A DNA stretch of 64,000 nt, from the NCBI GenBank assembly GCA_965237575.1, contig CBDEGI010000004.1, forward strand, positions 3,541,963 to 3,605,962, written 5' to 3'. Positions 25,452 through 34,640 of the stretch are shown piece by piece (the stretch's first letter is position 1; each line of letters opens with the position of its first letter). Below the pieces are notes generated by a model. The model saw only the letters and a list, made by a program, of their open reading frames with translations. It was not told the DNA's origin and did not search any database. The DNA comes from Bryobacterales bacterium. GTDB taxonomy: Bacteria > Acidobacteriota > Terriglobia > Bryobacterales > UBA6623. The translations under genes and the position numbers were made by a program.

Positions 25452-26951
25452 GTGAGACGCTTGTGTCCTGGTCACGCGCTAATCGTTCTCGGGCTGCTGA
25501 GCCTACCGGCCACCGGCTCCGCCGCCAAGTGGCTAAAGCTCGAGTCCGAGCATTTCGAACTCTACAGCAGCGCCGGCAACCGCGCGGCCCGTAAGACCGC
25601 TCGGGACCTCGAACGGTTCCACCGAGTCGTCGAAGCCGTCCAGAGTGGGTTCGAGGGCACGATGCCGGTGCGGGTTGTATTGTTCGGCTCGGCCCGTGAC
25701 TACAACCGTTTTCGTTGGGCGAAGTCGGGCGGGAAGATGGCATACTATCTGCCCGGCCGGAAGCACGATTACATCGTCCTGCACAACAGCCGGCAGGTCC
25801 ACGCCATGGCGGCGCTCCCGTCGAGGACCGGCTCGTCGACCGGGCACATCGTTCTGCGTGACCGCAAGCAGACGCTGTTTCACGAGTACGTCCACTTGGT
25901 TCAACATCAGACGACCGCGAGCCTACCGCTGTGGCTGGAAGAGGGCGTGGCGGAACTCTACTCCAGCGTCCAAACAGGTCGCGACACCGTACGCATCGGC
26001 AAGCCGATCACCGGGCACGTCCTGACCCTGCGAGACGAGCCTCTGCTCGATTTCGAGACGCTGCTGGCAGTGAACGAGGACTCGCCCATTTATTCCGACG
26101 GGAAAGGGGCGTGGGTCTTCTATGCGCAGAGCTGGGCTTTCGCCCACATGTTGCGCTTGTCCGAACGCTACTCGGGTCGGTTCGACGACTTCGTCGCCGC
26201 CTTGGGTCGGGGCGACCCGCAGCCCGCGGCGTTTCAAAGCGTATTCGAGAAACCGATCGAGCAAGGGGAGCGGGATCTGGCGGCGTACTTGCGCCGTTTG
26301 CAGCTCAGGCAGATCGAGGTCCCGATAGGGGACGCGGCTTCGAAACAAAAGGTGGAGCCCGTTGCTCTCTCACGAAGCGAAGCGAGGCTTTTTCAAGTCG
26401 ATCTGCTGCTCGAACTGGGCTATGTGGCCGACGCCAAGGAGATGATCGCCCCGCTTGTTGAAGATGGACCGGCAGCCGACGTCGGAGTACGTGCGGGCGA
26501 GTTGGCGCTTCGTTTACTCGACTATGAGGATGCGCGAAGCCGCTTTGCTCGTGCCCTGGAGCTAGGTGCGGACACCGCTCGTGTCCACTTCGGATACGCG
26601 CAGGCGCTGGATGAAACCGGCGGCGACCGTCAAGAGGTGTGGCGTCGCCTCCGCCGGGCGCTCGATCTCGATGGAGGCTTCCCCGAAGCTTTGCTGTTCA
26701 CCGGCATGCTTCATAGCCGCGAGTTGCGGTACGGCGACGCCGTCGCTCCGCTAGAGCGAGCGTCGCGGGCCCGGCCCCGCTGGTCCCCAATCTGGCGAGC
26801 GCTCGCGTTTGCCTACCTGCATGCCCACAAGCCGGCCGAAGCGAGCCGTGCCATCGGGCTGGCGTTAAGAACCGCCCAGACGCCACATCAGCGGCGGGAG
26901 GCAGAGTGGATTTTGACGACGATGAGCCCCAAGGTCTCCTCCGACCCGTAG
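25452..26951 (+). CDS. Secreted MA-clan zinc-metallopeptidase-like protein with C-terminal TPR-like repeats
   Basis: 499-aa ORF with a GTG start, a signal peptide and an HExxH motif (LFHEYVHLVQH). The C-terminal half is helical-repeat. Confidence 0.7.
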   Translation: MRRLCPGHALIVLGLLSLPATGSAAKWLKLESEHFELYSSAGNRAARKTARDLERFHRVVEAVQSGFEGTMPVRVVLFGSARDYNRFRWAKSGGKMAYYLPGRKHDYIVLHNSRQVHAMAALPSRTGSSTGHIVLRDRKQTLFHEYVHLVQHQTTASLPLWLEEGVAELYSSVQTGRDTVRIGKPITGHVLTLRDEPLLDFETLLAVNEDSPIYSDGKGAWVFYAQSWAFAHMLRLSERYSGRFDDFVAALGRGDPQPAAFQSVFEKPIEQGERDLAAYLRRLQLRQIEVPIGDAASKQKVEPVALSRSEARLFQVDLLLELGYVADAKEMIAPLVEDGPAADVGVRAGELALRLLDYEDARSRFARALELGADTARVHFGYAQALDETGGDRQEVWRRLRRALDLDGGFPEALLFTGMLHSRELRYGDAVAPLERASRARPRWSPIWRALAFAYLHAHKPAEASRAIGLALRTAQTPHQRREAEWILTTMSPKVSSDP

Positions 26952-27062
26952 TACGCGACTACACCGGCCGAGTTATCGTTCCGTAGTCACGTCATCAAGC
27001 CCTGGCGCCGATGCCCCGTTGCGTTTGCCGACCCCGCAAGTGCTACGGTTGTCTTTTACACC

Positions 27063-28016
27063 ATGGTGAAGATTGCATTTCTATTCCCTGGGCAAGGTTC
27101 GCAAGCGGCGGGAATGGGCAAGGACCTGGCCGGTGCGTATCCCGAGGCGCGGCAGGTTTTCGAGCAAGCGGACGAGGCCCTCGGGTTTTCTCTCTCGTCG
27201 CTTTGCTTCGAGGGGCCCGAAGACCAGCTCAAGCTGACGGAGAATACGCAGCCGGCGATTCTGACATGCTCGGTCGCGACGGCGGCTGTCCTGCGGGAGC
27301 GCGGGGTTACAGCGGACTACGTTGCGGGTCACAGCCTGGGCGAATACTCCGCACTCGTTGCCGCCGGGGCGCTCGACTTCATCGACGCCGTGCAGTTGGT
27401 TCGCAAGCGGGGCCGCTACATGCAGGAGGCTGTTCCCGCGGGCGTTGGCGCCATGGCCGCGCTGGTGATGTTGCCGCCCGACAAGCTGGAAGGAATCTGT
27501 CAGGAAGCGGCACAGGGAGAAGTGGTCAGTCCCGCGAATCTCAACGCGCCGACGCAGGTGGTCATCGCAGGCCACGCGGGTGCGGTGGAGAGAGCGATGG
27601 AACTGGCGAAGGCAGCCGGGGCCCGCAAGGTCGTGAAGCTCGAGGTCAGCGCGCCCTTTCATTGCGCCCTGATGAAGCCCGCGCAGGAGCGGCTGGCAAG
27701 CGACCTTGATGCGATCGAATTCCGTGACTTGAGCACGCCGTTGGTCAACAATTTTGCGGCCCGGGAGGTTCGCAGCGGTGAAGAAGCGAAACAAGGCCTG
27801 AAGGATCAGGTTCCGAACCCGGTACGCTGGGAGCAGGCGGTTCGCTATCTGGCCGGCGAAGGAGTAGACCATTTCATCGAGGTCGGTCCGGGCAAGGTGC
27901 TGACCGGGCTGCTTCGCAGCATCGACCGTTCGTTGCGCGGTTCGAGTGTACGGGACCTTGACTCTTTAGAGGCGGACTCTTTGGGGGCGGGCTCTTTGGA
28001 GGCGCTACAGCGATGA
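27063..28016 (+). CDS. fabD: Malonyl-CoA:ACP transacylase
   Basis: FLFPGQGSQAAGMG and GHSLGEYSALVAAGAL. The C-terminal extension is encoded by a 3x15-bp tandem repeat. Confidence 0.95.
   Translation: MVKIAFLFPGQGSQAAGMGKDLAGAYPEARQVFEQADEALGFSLSSLCFEGPEDQLKLTENTQPAILTCSVATAAVLRERGVTADYVAGHSLGEYSALVAAGALDFIDAVQLVRKRGRYMQEAVPAGVGAMAALVMLPPDKLEGICQEAAQGEVVSPANLNAPTQVVIAGHAGAVERAMELAKAAGARKVVKLEVSAPFHCALMKPAQERLASDLDAIEFRDLSTPLVNNFAAREVRSGEEAKQGLKDQVPNPVRWEQAVRYLAGEGVDHFIEVGPGKVLTGLLRSIDRSLRGSSVRDLDSLEADSLGAGSLEALQR
27960..28004 (+). repeat. 3 x 15-bp in-frame tandem repeat at the fabD 3' end
   Basis: The three units are gactctttagaggcg, gactctttgggggcg and ggctctttggaggcg, encoding DSLEA-DSLGA-GSLEA. 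Confidence 0.85.
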
Positions 28017-28747
28017 AAGACCGAGTTGCGTTTGTCACCGGCGCCAGCCAGGGGATCGGCCAGGCTTGCGCTGCCGAGTTGGCGCGCGCCGGCGCTCGGG
28101 TGGTCGCGGGCGCCCGCCAGCAGGAGAAGCTGGCCCGACTGGTCGAGGAGATCCGGTCGGAAGGTGGGCAGGCCGAGGCGGTGCCGCTCGACGTGTCGTC
28201 GCCGGATTCGATCAAAGCTGCTTTCGCACAAGCGGCGGAACGGTTCGGCCCCGTAACGATCCTGGTGAACAATGCCGGGATCACGCGTGACGGGTTGGCG
28301 CTGCGAATGTCGTCGGAGGCTTGGCATCAGGTGCTCGAAACGAATCTAACGGGAAGCTTTCTGTGCGTCCAGGCCGCATTGCAGGGCATGATGAAGCAGC
28401 GTTGGGGGCGCATCATCAACGTCACCTCGGTCGTGGCGCTTTCGGGGAATCCCGGACAGGCGAACTACGTATCGGCGAAAGCCGGCTTGATCGGGCTGAC
28501 CAAGTCGCTGGCGCTCGAGGTCGCCTCGCGCAACATCACTGTCAACGCCGTCGCCCCCGGGTTTATCGCCACCGGCATGACCGAGGCACTTGATGAGAAG
28601 ATTCGCGAGAAAATCCTCACCGCGGTGCCTCTCAAGCGGATGGGGGAGCCCGAGGAAATTGCCAAGGCCGTCGCGTTTCTCGCCGGCGAGGATGCCTCGT
28701 ACATCACCGGGCAGGTGTTGAGCGTGAACGGCGGGCTGTACATGTAA
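28013..28747 (+). CDS. fabG: 3-oxoacyl-ACP reductase
   Basis: SDR motifs TGASQGIGQA and NAGI, plus YVSAKAG. The ATGA overlap with fabD indicates coupling. Confidence 0.95.
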   Translation: MKDRVAFVTGASQGIGQACAAELARAGARVVAGARQQEKLARLVEEIRSEGGQAEAVPLDVSSPDSIKAAFAQAAERFGPVTILVNNAGITRDGLALRMSSEAWHQVLETNLTGSFLCVQAALQGMMKQRWGRIINVTSVVALSGNPGQANYVSAKAGLIGLTKSLALEVASRNITVNAVAPGFIATGMTEALDEKIREKILTAVPLKRMGEPEEIAKAVAFLAGEDASYITGQVLSVNGGLYM

Positions 28748-28815
28748 CGGGACCGGCCGACGGCCGGCCGGCAAAGTCCTTGATAAAATAAAACTCCACC
28801 TCACAGACTGTAGAA

Positions 28816-28859
28816 GTCGGGCGCGACTGGGAACCTTCGCGTGGGAGCCCGCGCCCGAC
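28816..28859 (+). terminator. 10-bp-stem GC hairpin after fabG (possible terminator or REP-like; no U-tract)
   Basis: gtcgggcgcg...(24 nt)...cgcgcccgac. Confidence 0.3.
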
Positions 28860-28931
28860 AGCAGGCCACGGTGCGCCAAGCCGCCTGCCGACACTTCGCG
28901 GGTCGATCCGCCTCCATCCCAAGATTACACC

Positions 28932-29372
28932 ATGGCCAAATTCTTCAGCCTGCAGGAAGCCGAAGATTGCATCCCACGCATCGAAACGTGGCTCCGGACA
29001 GCGATCGAGGCAAGAAAAGACGCCGTCGAAGCCGAGCAGGAGCTACAAGAAGTAGGTCAGCGCATCCAGATGTCGGGCGGGATGGAGATCCAACCGGCCA
29101 AGGTTGCCGGGCACCGCGCGCGCAAGGACGTTTCGGTGCGCCGGTTCAAGGAAGCGATGGAGAGCATCGAAAACTCCGGTTGCGTCATCAAAGATCTCGA
29201 TGTCGGCCTGATTGACTTTCCGGCGAAGCGTGGCAGCGACGAGGTCTATCTCTGCTGGAAGTTGGGCGAGGCGCGCATCGAGTTCTGGCACGGGACCGAC
29301 GAGGGGTTCGCCGGACGTAAGCGAATCGCCGGGGAATTCGGAGAGTCCTCCGGGCCGGGCCGGCCGAATTGA
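28932..29372 (+). CDS. DUF2203 family protein
   Basis: 146-aa ORF; FSLQEAEDCIPRIETWL...IKDLDVGLIDFPA...VYLCWKLGE..IEFWH. Confidence 0.75.
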   Translation: MAKFFSLQEAEDCIPRIETWLRTAIEARKDAVEAEQELQEVGQRIQMSGGMEIQPAKVAGHRARKDVSVRRFKEAMESIENSGCVIKDLDVGLIDFPAKRGSDEVYLCWKLGEARIEFWHGTDEGFAGRKRIAGEFGESSGPGRPN

Positions 29373-29402
29373 TTCGGGTGGGCCGGTGCCCATCACCGCG
29401 GC

Positions 29403-29843
29403 TCAGCCGGTGGGCTTCTCGATGATCAGTTCCATCAACTGTCCCAAGCCTGGGTAGTACTGCAAGCTCACCTTTGAGCCGGGCTGCAGTTCTTCGAGTT
29501 CGAGACCCTTTTTCCCGATGGCCTTGGCGGCCTTTTTCGACAGCTTGATTTGCTCGCGGCCGCGGGGCTGAGAGAAGCTCAGCTCAAGTTCCCCCTGTTT
29601 CTTCTTTTTCGGCACGATGGTGACGGTGCGCTTGTCGAGGTCGACCTTGCCGATCGTACCCTTCAGCTTGACGACGTCGAGCACGCCCGCGTCGCGATTG
29701 AGGGGAGCTGCGGGGCCGCGGCTGACGGTGTCGGTTTCGAGATTCCTTTCGCTCGACGGGCGTTGAGCAACCAGCGGCTGCACGCTGAGCCCAAGAGCGA
29801 GCCCCAGGACAACCGGCTGCAGCATAAGCCTATCCAATCTCAT
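29403..29843 (-). CDS. Secreted hypothetical protein
   Basis: 146-aa ORF with a signal peptide (LQPVVLGLALGLSVQPLVAQ). Lys-rich, with normal composition. Confidence 0.6.
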   Translation of the reverse strand: MRLDRLMLQPVVLGLALGLSVQPLVAQRPSSERNLETDTVSRGPAAPLNRDAGVLDVVKLKGTIGKVDLDKRTVTIVPKKKKQGELELSFSQPRGREQIKLSKKAAKAIGKKGLELEELQPGSKVSLQYYPGLGQLMELIIEKPTG

Positions 29844-29996
29844 CTCGATACCTCATTTCACCCACTGCCTTGTATTGTCGGGTGATACAGCCGGGGCGTC
29901 AACATTCGATCGGCCGGTTCCAGCGCCCGCAAGCCTTGCAGCCTCTGGTCAAGCGGCTTTTCGACCCCTCGGGCAGCTTGTAACGCAGCTTGACCG

Positions 29997-30002
29997 TATA
30001 AT
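29997..30002 (+). promoter_or_regulatory. Perfect TATAAT box 9 nt upstream of the methyltransferase ATG (would imply a near-leaderless mRNA)
   Basis: The TATAAT hexamer is at 29997..30002 and the ATG at 30012. No convincing -35 box and no RBS are present. Confidence 0.2.
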
Positions 30003-30011
30003 GCCGGCAGG

Positions 30012-30911
30012 ATGCTTCGAGGCTCTCTCCTCTCGCGCATGGGCGGCATCGTAGGCCCGCTATTGCGATGGTTGCGCCCGAGTCCGGCCATTGCGGGCGG
30101 AGCCGGTCTGAATGGAAGTGGTCCCGATGTCGCCGCGGCCGTTAACGCCGCAGTCGCCTCCAGCGCCGCCGACGACTACATCGAGTTGATGAAGAAATGC
30201 CTGATCAACTCCATCTACCGCGACTCGGGACGGGTTCCTCCCGGGATCGTCGTCCCGTTCTCGCCGAAGGTGCGCGAGGAAGGGAGGGACTGGCCCGAGG
30301 CGGCCCACACCATGGTCGGGCGACGCCGGCTCGACAACGTGCACCGCTGCGTCGAAGATGTCCTGGCGCGTGCCGTCCCGGGCGACCTGATTGAAACCGG
30401 CGTCTGGCGCGGCGGCACGACGATCCTGATGCGCGCGATCTTGCGGGCCCGCGCCGATACGACCCGGACCGTCTGGGTGGCCGACTCGTTCGAGGGCGTT
30501 CCGCCGCCGGACGCCGCACGTTACCCGGCCGACGCGGGCCTGAACCTCCACCGCTACCAACAGTTGTCGATCCCGATCGAGGAAGTCCGCGCCAACTTCG
30601 AGGCATACGGTCTGCTCGATGATCAAGTTCGGTTCTTGAAGGGTTGGTTCAAGGACACGCTGCTCTCGGCTCCCATCAAGCAGCTAGCCCTGATCCGACT
30701 CGACGGCGATCTCTACGAGTCGACCTTCGACGCTTTGTCGGCGTTGTATCCCAGCCTGTCCGCGGGCGGATACGTCATCATCGACGACTATGGCGCGATG
30801 GAGGCCTGCCACCAAGCCGTTGACGACTACCGCGAGCGTCACGGTATCGAGGAGCAGATCGTCCCGATCGACTGGGCAGGAGCTTTTTGGAAGAGGGCCG
30901 GCCCGCCGTGA
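30012..30911 (+). CDS. TylF/MycF-family (macrocin O-methyltransferase-like) SAM-dependent methyltransferase
   Basis: HTMVGRRRLDNVHRCVEDVL...GDLIETGVWRGGTTILMRA...ADSFEGVP...LDGDLYESTFDAL..LSAGGYVIIDDY. Confidence 0.85.
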   Translation: MLRGSLLSRMGGIVGPLLRWLRPSPAIAGGAGLNGSGPDVAAAVNAAVASSAADDYIELMKKCLINSIYRDSGRVPPGIVVPFSPKVREEGRDWPEAAHTMVGRRRLDNVHRCVEDVLARAVPGDLIETGVWRGGTTILMRAILRARADTTRTVWVADSFEGVPPPDAARYPADAGLNLHRYQQLSIPIEEVRANFEAYGLLDDQVRFLKGWFKDTLLSAPIKQLALIRLDGDLYESTFDALSALYPSLSAGGYVIIDDYGAMEACHQAVDDYRERHGIEEQIVPIDWAGAFWKRAGPP

Positions 30912-30958
30912 GCGAAGCGCCCTGCGGATCTATAGCCGGGGCTAGCTATCGAGCGAAG

Positions 30959-31636
30959 CTACCCGTAAACCATGTAACTCGTCACCGGCCGGAACGACAG
31001 CAGCAGGCTTCCCAGCACCGGCCGCCCGAAGTTCATCGCCGGAGCGAACTTCGCCGTCAACAACGCACTAGCCACCTGTGACTTCAGCTTCAACGCAAGA
31101 TGGGGAGACGCCGTCGGGACCTTCACCATGCGCAAGTCATAGACCCGGCCGTCGCGATTGACGAACACTTCGACGATGATGTCTTCCGGCACCACCAACT
31201 CCGGCGCCTCCGTGATCGTGGGACCCGCAATCCAGGTCTGTGTGAGATAGGTCAGGGGAATATCGTCCACCAACCCGCCCCGCACGAACGACAAGTGCGA
31301 GATCAGCACGCCAAAGAGAACCATGGCGGACAGCACACCCCCGAAGGCTGGGACGGCGAGCGGCTGCAGCCAGTTCTCGAGCCACAGCTTGGCTTGGGAA
31401 ATCGGATGCCACCGCACGGCTCCGGACGTAGCCAACAGAATCCGCGTCCGAAGGGACGCCGGCGCAGTGATCTCTCGCCGGTCGCGAACGAAATCGTGGA
31501 CGACCTCGCTGCCCTCGTACTGCTCGAAGCACTCAGAGCATTGCAGTAAATGCCGACGGACCAGCGGGCGCTGGAACCATCCCAACTGGCCGTCGACATA
31601 CGACCGAATTCTCGATGCTGCCGAACGACAATTCAT
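30959..31636 (-). CDS. Anti-sigma factor (zf-HC2 type) with one TM segment
   Basis: The N-terminus CRSAASRIRSYVDGQL...RRHLLQCSECFEQY is the anti-sigma zinc finger. It sits immediately downstream of the ECF sigma gene. Confidence 0.75.
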   Translation of the reverse strand: MNCRSAASRIRSYVDGQLGWFQRPLVRRHLLQCSECFEQYEGSEVVHDFVRDRREITAPASLRTRILLATSGAVRWHPISQAKLWLENWLQPLAVPAFGGVLSAMVLFGVLISHLSFVRGGLVDDIPLTYLTQTWIAGPTITEAPELVVPEDIIVEVFVNRDGRVYDLRMVKVPTASPHLALKLKSQVASALLTAKFAPAMNFGRPVLGSLLLSFRPVTSYMVYG

Positions 31637-31639
31637 AAC

Positions 31640-32278
31640 TCACTCCGTGTGCAGCGCAACTCCGTCGGGCAACTCGGCCGGCAGATGCCGCTGCAATCCA
31701 CGCTTCAACGCTTCGCGTCCTCGGAGGATGCGCGACTTCACGGTTCCGAGCGAAAGCTGAAGCATCTCGGCGATGTCGTTGTAGCTATGGCCCTCCACGT
31801 CTCTGAGAAGCACCGCGCAACGGAGCCGTTCGTCCATCTGCCGCAGCGTCTGCTCGACGAGCGCCATCTGTTCGCGCCGGTACGTGAGATCGAAAGGCGA
31901 TTCACCCTTATCGGCCAAAGCGTGCGCTGCGGGGCCTGACACGCCGTTTACTGAGTCCATCGGCGTCTCCGCACGCCGATGGCGGCTAAACCAGCGCCGG
32001 CGGTTGAACGCTTCGTTGATGGCGATGCGGTAGAGCCAGGACTTCAAGCTGCAATCTCCGCGGAAGCCGCCGATCTTTCGAAAAACCTTGATGAAGACCT
32101 CCTGCGTGACGTCCGGGGCGTCCGCGGGGTCGTCAAGCAGCCGATAGACAAAGCCGTAGATCGGCTTCTGGTAGAGGTCCAGCAGTTCTTCGAACGCCCC
32201 CGGTCTTCGTGCCCGAAGCCGATCGAGTAGGTCGGCGTTGTCGTCGCAACTCGGTGCGTGTGGTTGGCTCAGGGACAC
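31640..32278 (-). CDS. ECF-type RNA polymerase sigma-70 factor
   Basis: Region 2 is YQKPIYGFVYRLLDDPADAPDVTQEVFIKVF and region 4 is AVLLRDVEGHSYNDIAEMLQLSLGTVKSRILRGR. The track ORF extends to 32497, but that N-extension is non-sigma sequence. I prefer the GTG at 32278 (about 212 aa). Confidence 0.85.
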   Translation of the reverse strand: MSLSQPHAPSCDDNADLLDRLRARRPGAFEELLDLYQKPIYGFVYRLLDDPADAPDVTQEVFIKVFRKIGGFRGDCSLKSWLYRIAINEAFNRRRWFSRHRRAETPMDSVNGVSGPAAHALADKGESPFDLTYRREQMALVEQTLRQMDERLRCAVLLRDVEGHSYNDIAEMLQLSLGTVKSRILRGREALKRGLQRHLPAELPDGVALHTE

Positions 32279-32360
32279 TCGACAGTCCCCCTCCCGGTTC
32301 GCATTCCACCTCAGCTTACCAGGACCCGGCAAGCTGTTCGATTCACGGCTGCACTTCTCT

Positions 32361-32387
32361 AGACACCAGCGGCTACGGATTTGTTCC
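32361..32387 (-). promoter_or_regulatory. Candidate ECF-type autoregulatory promoter (GGAAC-N17/18-GTCT)
   Basis: The minus strand reads GGAACaaatccgtagccgctggtGTCT, about 85-110 nt upstream of the proposed GTG start. Confidence 0.3.
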
Positions 32388-32578
32388 CTGGTCAAGAAGA
32401 AAAGTCTGAACCACCACCGTTGGGCGACAGGATATCGCCCAAGCCCAAGCGGCTGCCGCTCGAGCCCCCGCAAGGCCTCGCCAATGTCAGCCGACAAGGG
32501 GCCCCAGCCGCAGATTCACTCTAGAGCCCTCCGCGATCTCCGATAAGGCTCAGTAGTTGGGCAGAGAAACGAGCCGCC

Positions 32579-32926
32579 ATGAAACCTGAAACCATCTATC
32601 AGCAATGCCGCGAGGCGGTCCAGATCTTGCTGGTCGCCCTGGAAGCGGGCGATATTGCCCTGGTCGAGCATCAGGTGCGCGCCGTACGGGCCTATCTCGA
32701 CCAGCGAGACCGTGGGGCCGACCGCGGCCGCACAGGCATCTCCCTGCTCCGCGTGGAGCAGCTCGACGCCATCGAAGCCATCAACAATCAGATCGAGCGC
32801 TGCCTGCTGACCATGCGTGCGTCCGCGCACGAGGAGTTCGAGAGGATGAGAAGCACTGAGGACCTGTTGCGGCACCTCACGTTCCCCTCCGGCCCGCCCG
32901 ACACCTCATCGCTTCCCGTGTTCTAG
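32579..32926 (+). CDS. Hypothetical helical protein
   Basis: 115-aa ORF divergent from the sigma gene. Its composition is more protein-like than the overlapping - ORF 32516..32875. No recognisable family. Confidence 0.35.
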   Translation: MKPETIYQQCREAVQILLVALEAGDIALVEHQVRAVRAYLDQRDRGADRGRTGISLLRVEQLDAIEAINNQIERCLLTMRASAHEEFERMRSTEDLLRHLTFPSGPPDTSSLPVF

Positions 32927-33067
32927 GAAACGCCTTGGGGTTGGTGGTGCGGGCCTCCCAACTGGAAGGGTCGGCCCCCGTGCCGGCCTATTCTTTCCAA
33001 GACGCGTTGAGCGCACGGGCAATCGATGGGGTAGATCAGCCCCTCGACCTATGCGTGCGGCTCCAAC

Positions 33068-33634
33068 TCACCGAGCTTGGCGCAGCACCGGATAGAACTG
33101 CGTAAACACGTTATCCGTCGCCGCATGCTCGTCGTGGCATGACCAGCAGCGCTCTTTGGGGTAGGCCGTGGCGGTTTCCTTTTGCGACCCATCCTCGGCG
33201 ATGAAGTTGAAATAGGCCCAACTCTCGGCGTATCGCGAACTGTCTTTCACCGCTACTTCCACGCCGAGCAACTCGTCCTCGAAGTGGCCCTGGAGGTTGA
33301 TGGACGATTGTGAAGCGGCACTGAGCACTTCCATCGCGATCATCGTTTTCTCGGGGAAGCGCCCGCTCCGCTTGTATTCGCGGTAGGCCGTGGGATTGAG
33401 GTAGAGGTTGTGAAACTTGGGGTGCTTCTGTTTCTCTGCGTTCTCGTCGTAGCTCATGCCGAGCGTCGCGCCGATGAAGATCCACTCGCGGTAGTCCCGC
33501 GGCCGCAGCAATTCCTTGTTGTCATTGAATCGCGGGCCGGAATCGGCGGCAAAAAGAGCCACCGCCAAACCGGCAAGGATTGCCCAACTCACCAGCACCG
33601 CTGCCATCGAACGAGCCATCGAAGTTTCCCCCAT
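33068..33634 (-). CDS. Cytochrome P460 family protein
   Basis: RDYREWIFIGATLGMSY...FHNLYLNPTAYREY...CWSCHDEH (CxxCH). Signal peptide MARSMAAVLVSWAILAGLAVALFA. The start is at 33634 or 33619; the track start at 33742 is unlikely. Confidence 0.8.
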   Translation of the reverse strand: MGETSMARSMAAVLVSWAILAGLAVALFAADSGPRFNDNKELLRPRDYREWIFIGATLGMSYDENAEKQKHPKFHNLYLNPTAYREYKRSGRFPEKTMIAMEVLSAASQSSINLQGHFEDELLGVEVAVKDSSRYAESWAYFNFIAEDGSQKETATAYPKERCWSCHDEHAATDNVFTQFYPVLRQAR

Positions 33635-33956
33635 TATCGCCCAGCCCCCTTTGTCGCCCCGTGTCGCCTGCTTGAACCAAGCGTGTGAATTGGAGAGATA
33701 AGAGCCACTTTGCCTACGCCTCAAACACCTGCTCACCGCCAACCATCGTACTCTACACCGGGATGTCGATGATCGAAAACAGATCGACCTCCGTCGGGTT
33801 CTGACGCCCAGCGCGGCTGGTTCTCGCGGAGCTAGCTAACCGGCAATACTCGCGCACCGGACACCTGTGAAAATGGAGATTCTTGTCCTGTGCACTTGAT
33901 CGGGACCAGCTTGAGTAGGGGTTCTCACACCTGAGTTCGGGCACGCTGGGGTACAA

Positions 33957-34265
33957 ATGTGCATACAATGGAGACGGGTGAAGTTTGATTGGGATCCTGC
34001 CAAGGCCGAGTCGAACGTTCGTAAGCACGGCGTGCGCTTCGCCGACGCTGTGACAGCCTTGGAGGACGAGTTGGCACTGACAATGCGCGATCCTTTTGCG
34101 GAGGGAGAGGAGCGCTGGGTAACACTTGGCGTGGACTCGCTGGGACGGGCGCTGGTCGTTGTCTACACCTGGCGGGACGACTCGATCCGGGTCATCTCGG
34201 CCCGGAGAGCGACGCCCAGTGAACGCCGGCAGAGCGAGCGCCGACAGCATGGAGAGAGCCGATGA
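33957..34265 (+). CDS. brnT: BrnT-family (DUF497) ribonuclease toxin
   Basis: KFDWDPAKAESNVRKHGVRFADAV...RVISARRATPSERRQ. Overlaps brnA by 4 bp. Confidence 0.85.
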   Translation: MCIQWRRVKFDWDPAKAESNVRKHGVRFADAVTALEDELALTMRDPFAEGEERWVTLGVDSLGRALVVVYTWRDDSIRVISARRATPSERRQSERRQHGESR

Positions 34266-34516
34266 GAAAGGAATACGATTTCAGCAAAGCAAAGCGCGGT
34301 CGTGTGGTGAGGGTTCCGAAAGGAAAGACCCGGATCACGATTCGCCTCGACGACGACTTGTTGGAGTGGTTTCGGGCTCAAGTCGATCGCGCCGGCGGAG
34401 GGAACTACCAGACCGTGATCAATGACGCGCTACGGGAGCACGTCCTGCGGGTGGAAGAGCCGCTCGAAGACACGTTGCGGCGCGTCGTTCGCGAGGAACT
34501 ACGGCAGGTGGGCTAA
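34262..34516 (+). CDS. brnA: BrnA-family antitoxin
   Basis: EYDFSKAKRG...RITIRLDDDLLEWFRAQV...GNYQTVINDALREHV. Confidence 0.85.
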   Translation: MRKEYDFSKAKRGRVVRVPKGKTRITIRLDDDLLEWFRAQVDRAGGGNYQTVINDALREHVLRVEEPLEDTLRRVVREELRQVG

Positions 34517-34640
34517 CGCACCGAAAGTCGGGCTAGCGCGATGCACGTGCTGCCTCCCCTCTGTGCCGAGGGTCCATCGATCATCGAACGAAGTCGCAGA
34601 CTGGTTCCGATTGCGGAGCTGTTTTCGCTCCATGTTGGGC

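Noticed and set aside
28748-28931. Expected acpP gene after fabD-fabG.
   Set aside because: No ORF with the DSLD phosphopantetheine motif is present in any frame, only a GC hairpin. acpP must lie elsewhere.
31640-32497. N-terminal extensions implied by the track starts for several genes: ECF sigma to 32497, RRM protein to 20208, cytochrome c to 35672, oxidoreductase from 39614, DUF3311 to 53456, P460 to 33742 and M24 peptidase from 56087.
   Set aside because: The extensions have shadow-like composition, run through repeats or neighbouring genes, and in each case an internal start yields a canonical N-terminus (signal peptide, Tat motif or family-typical start).
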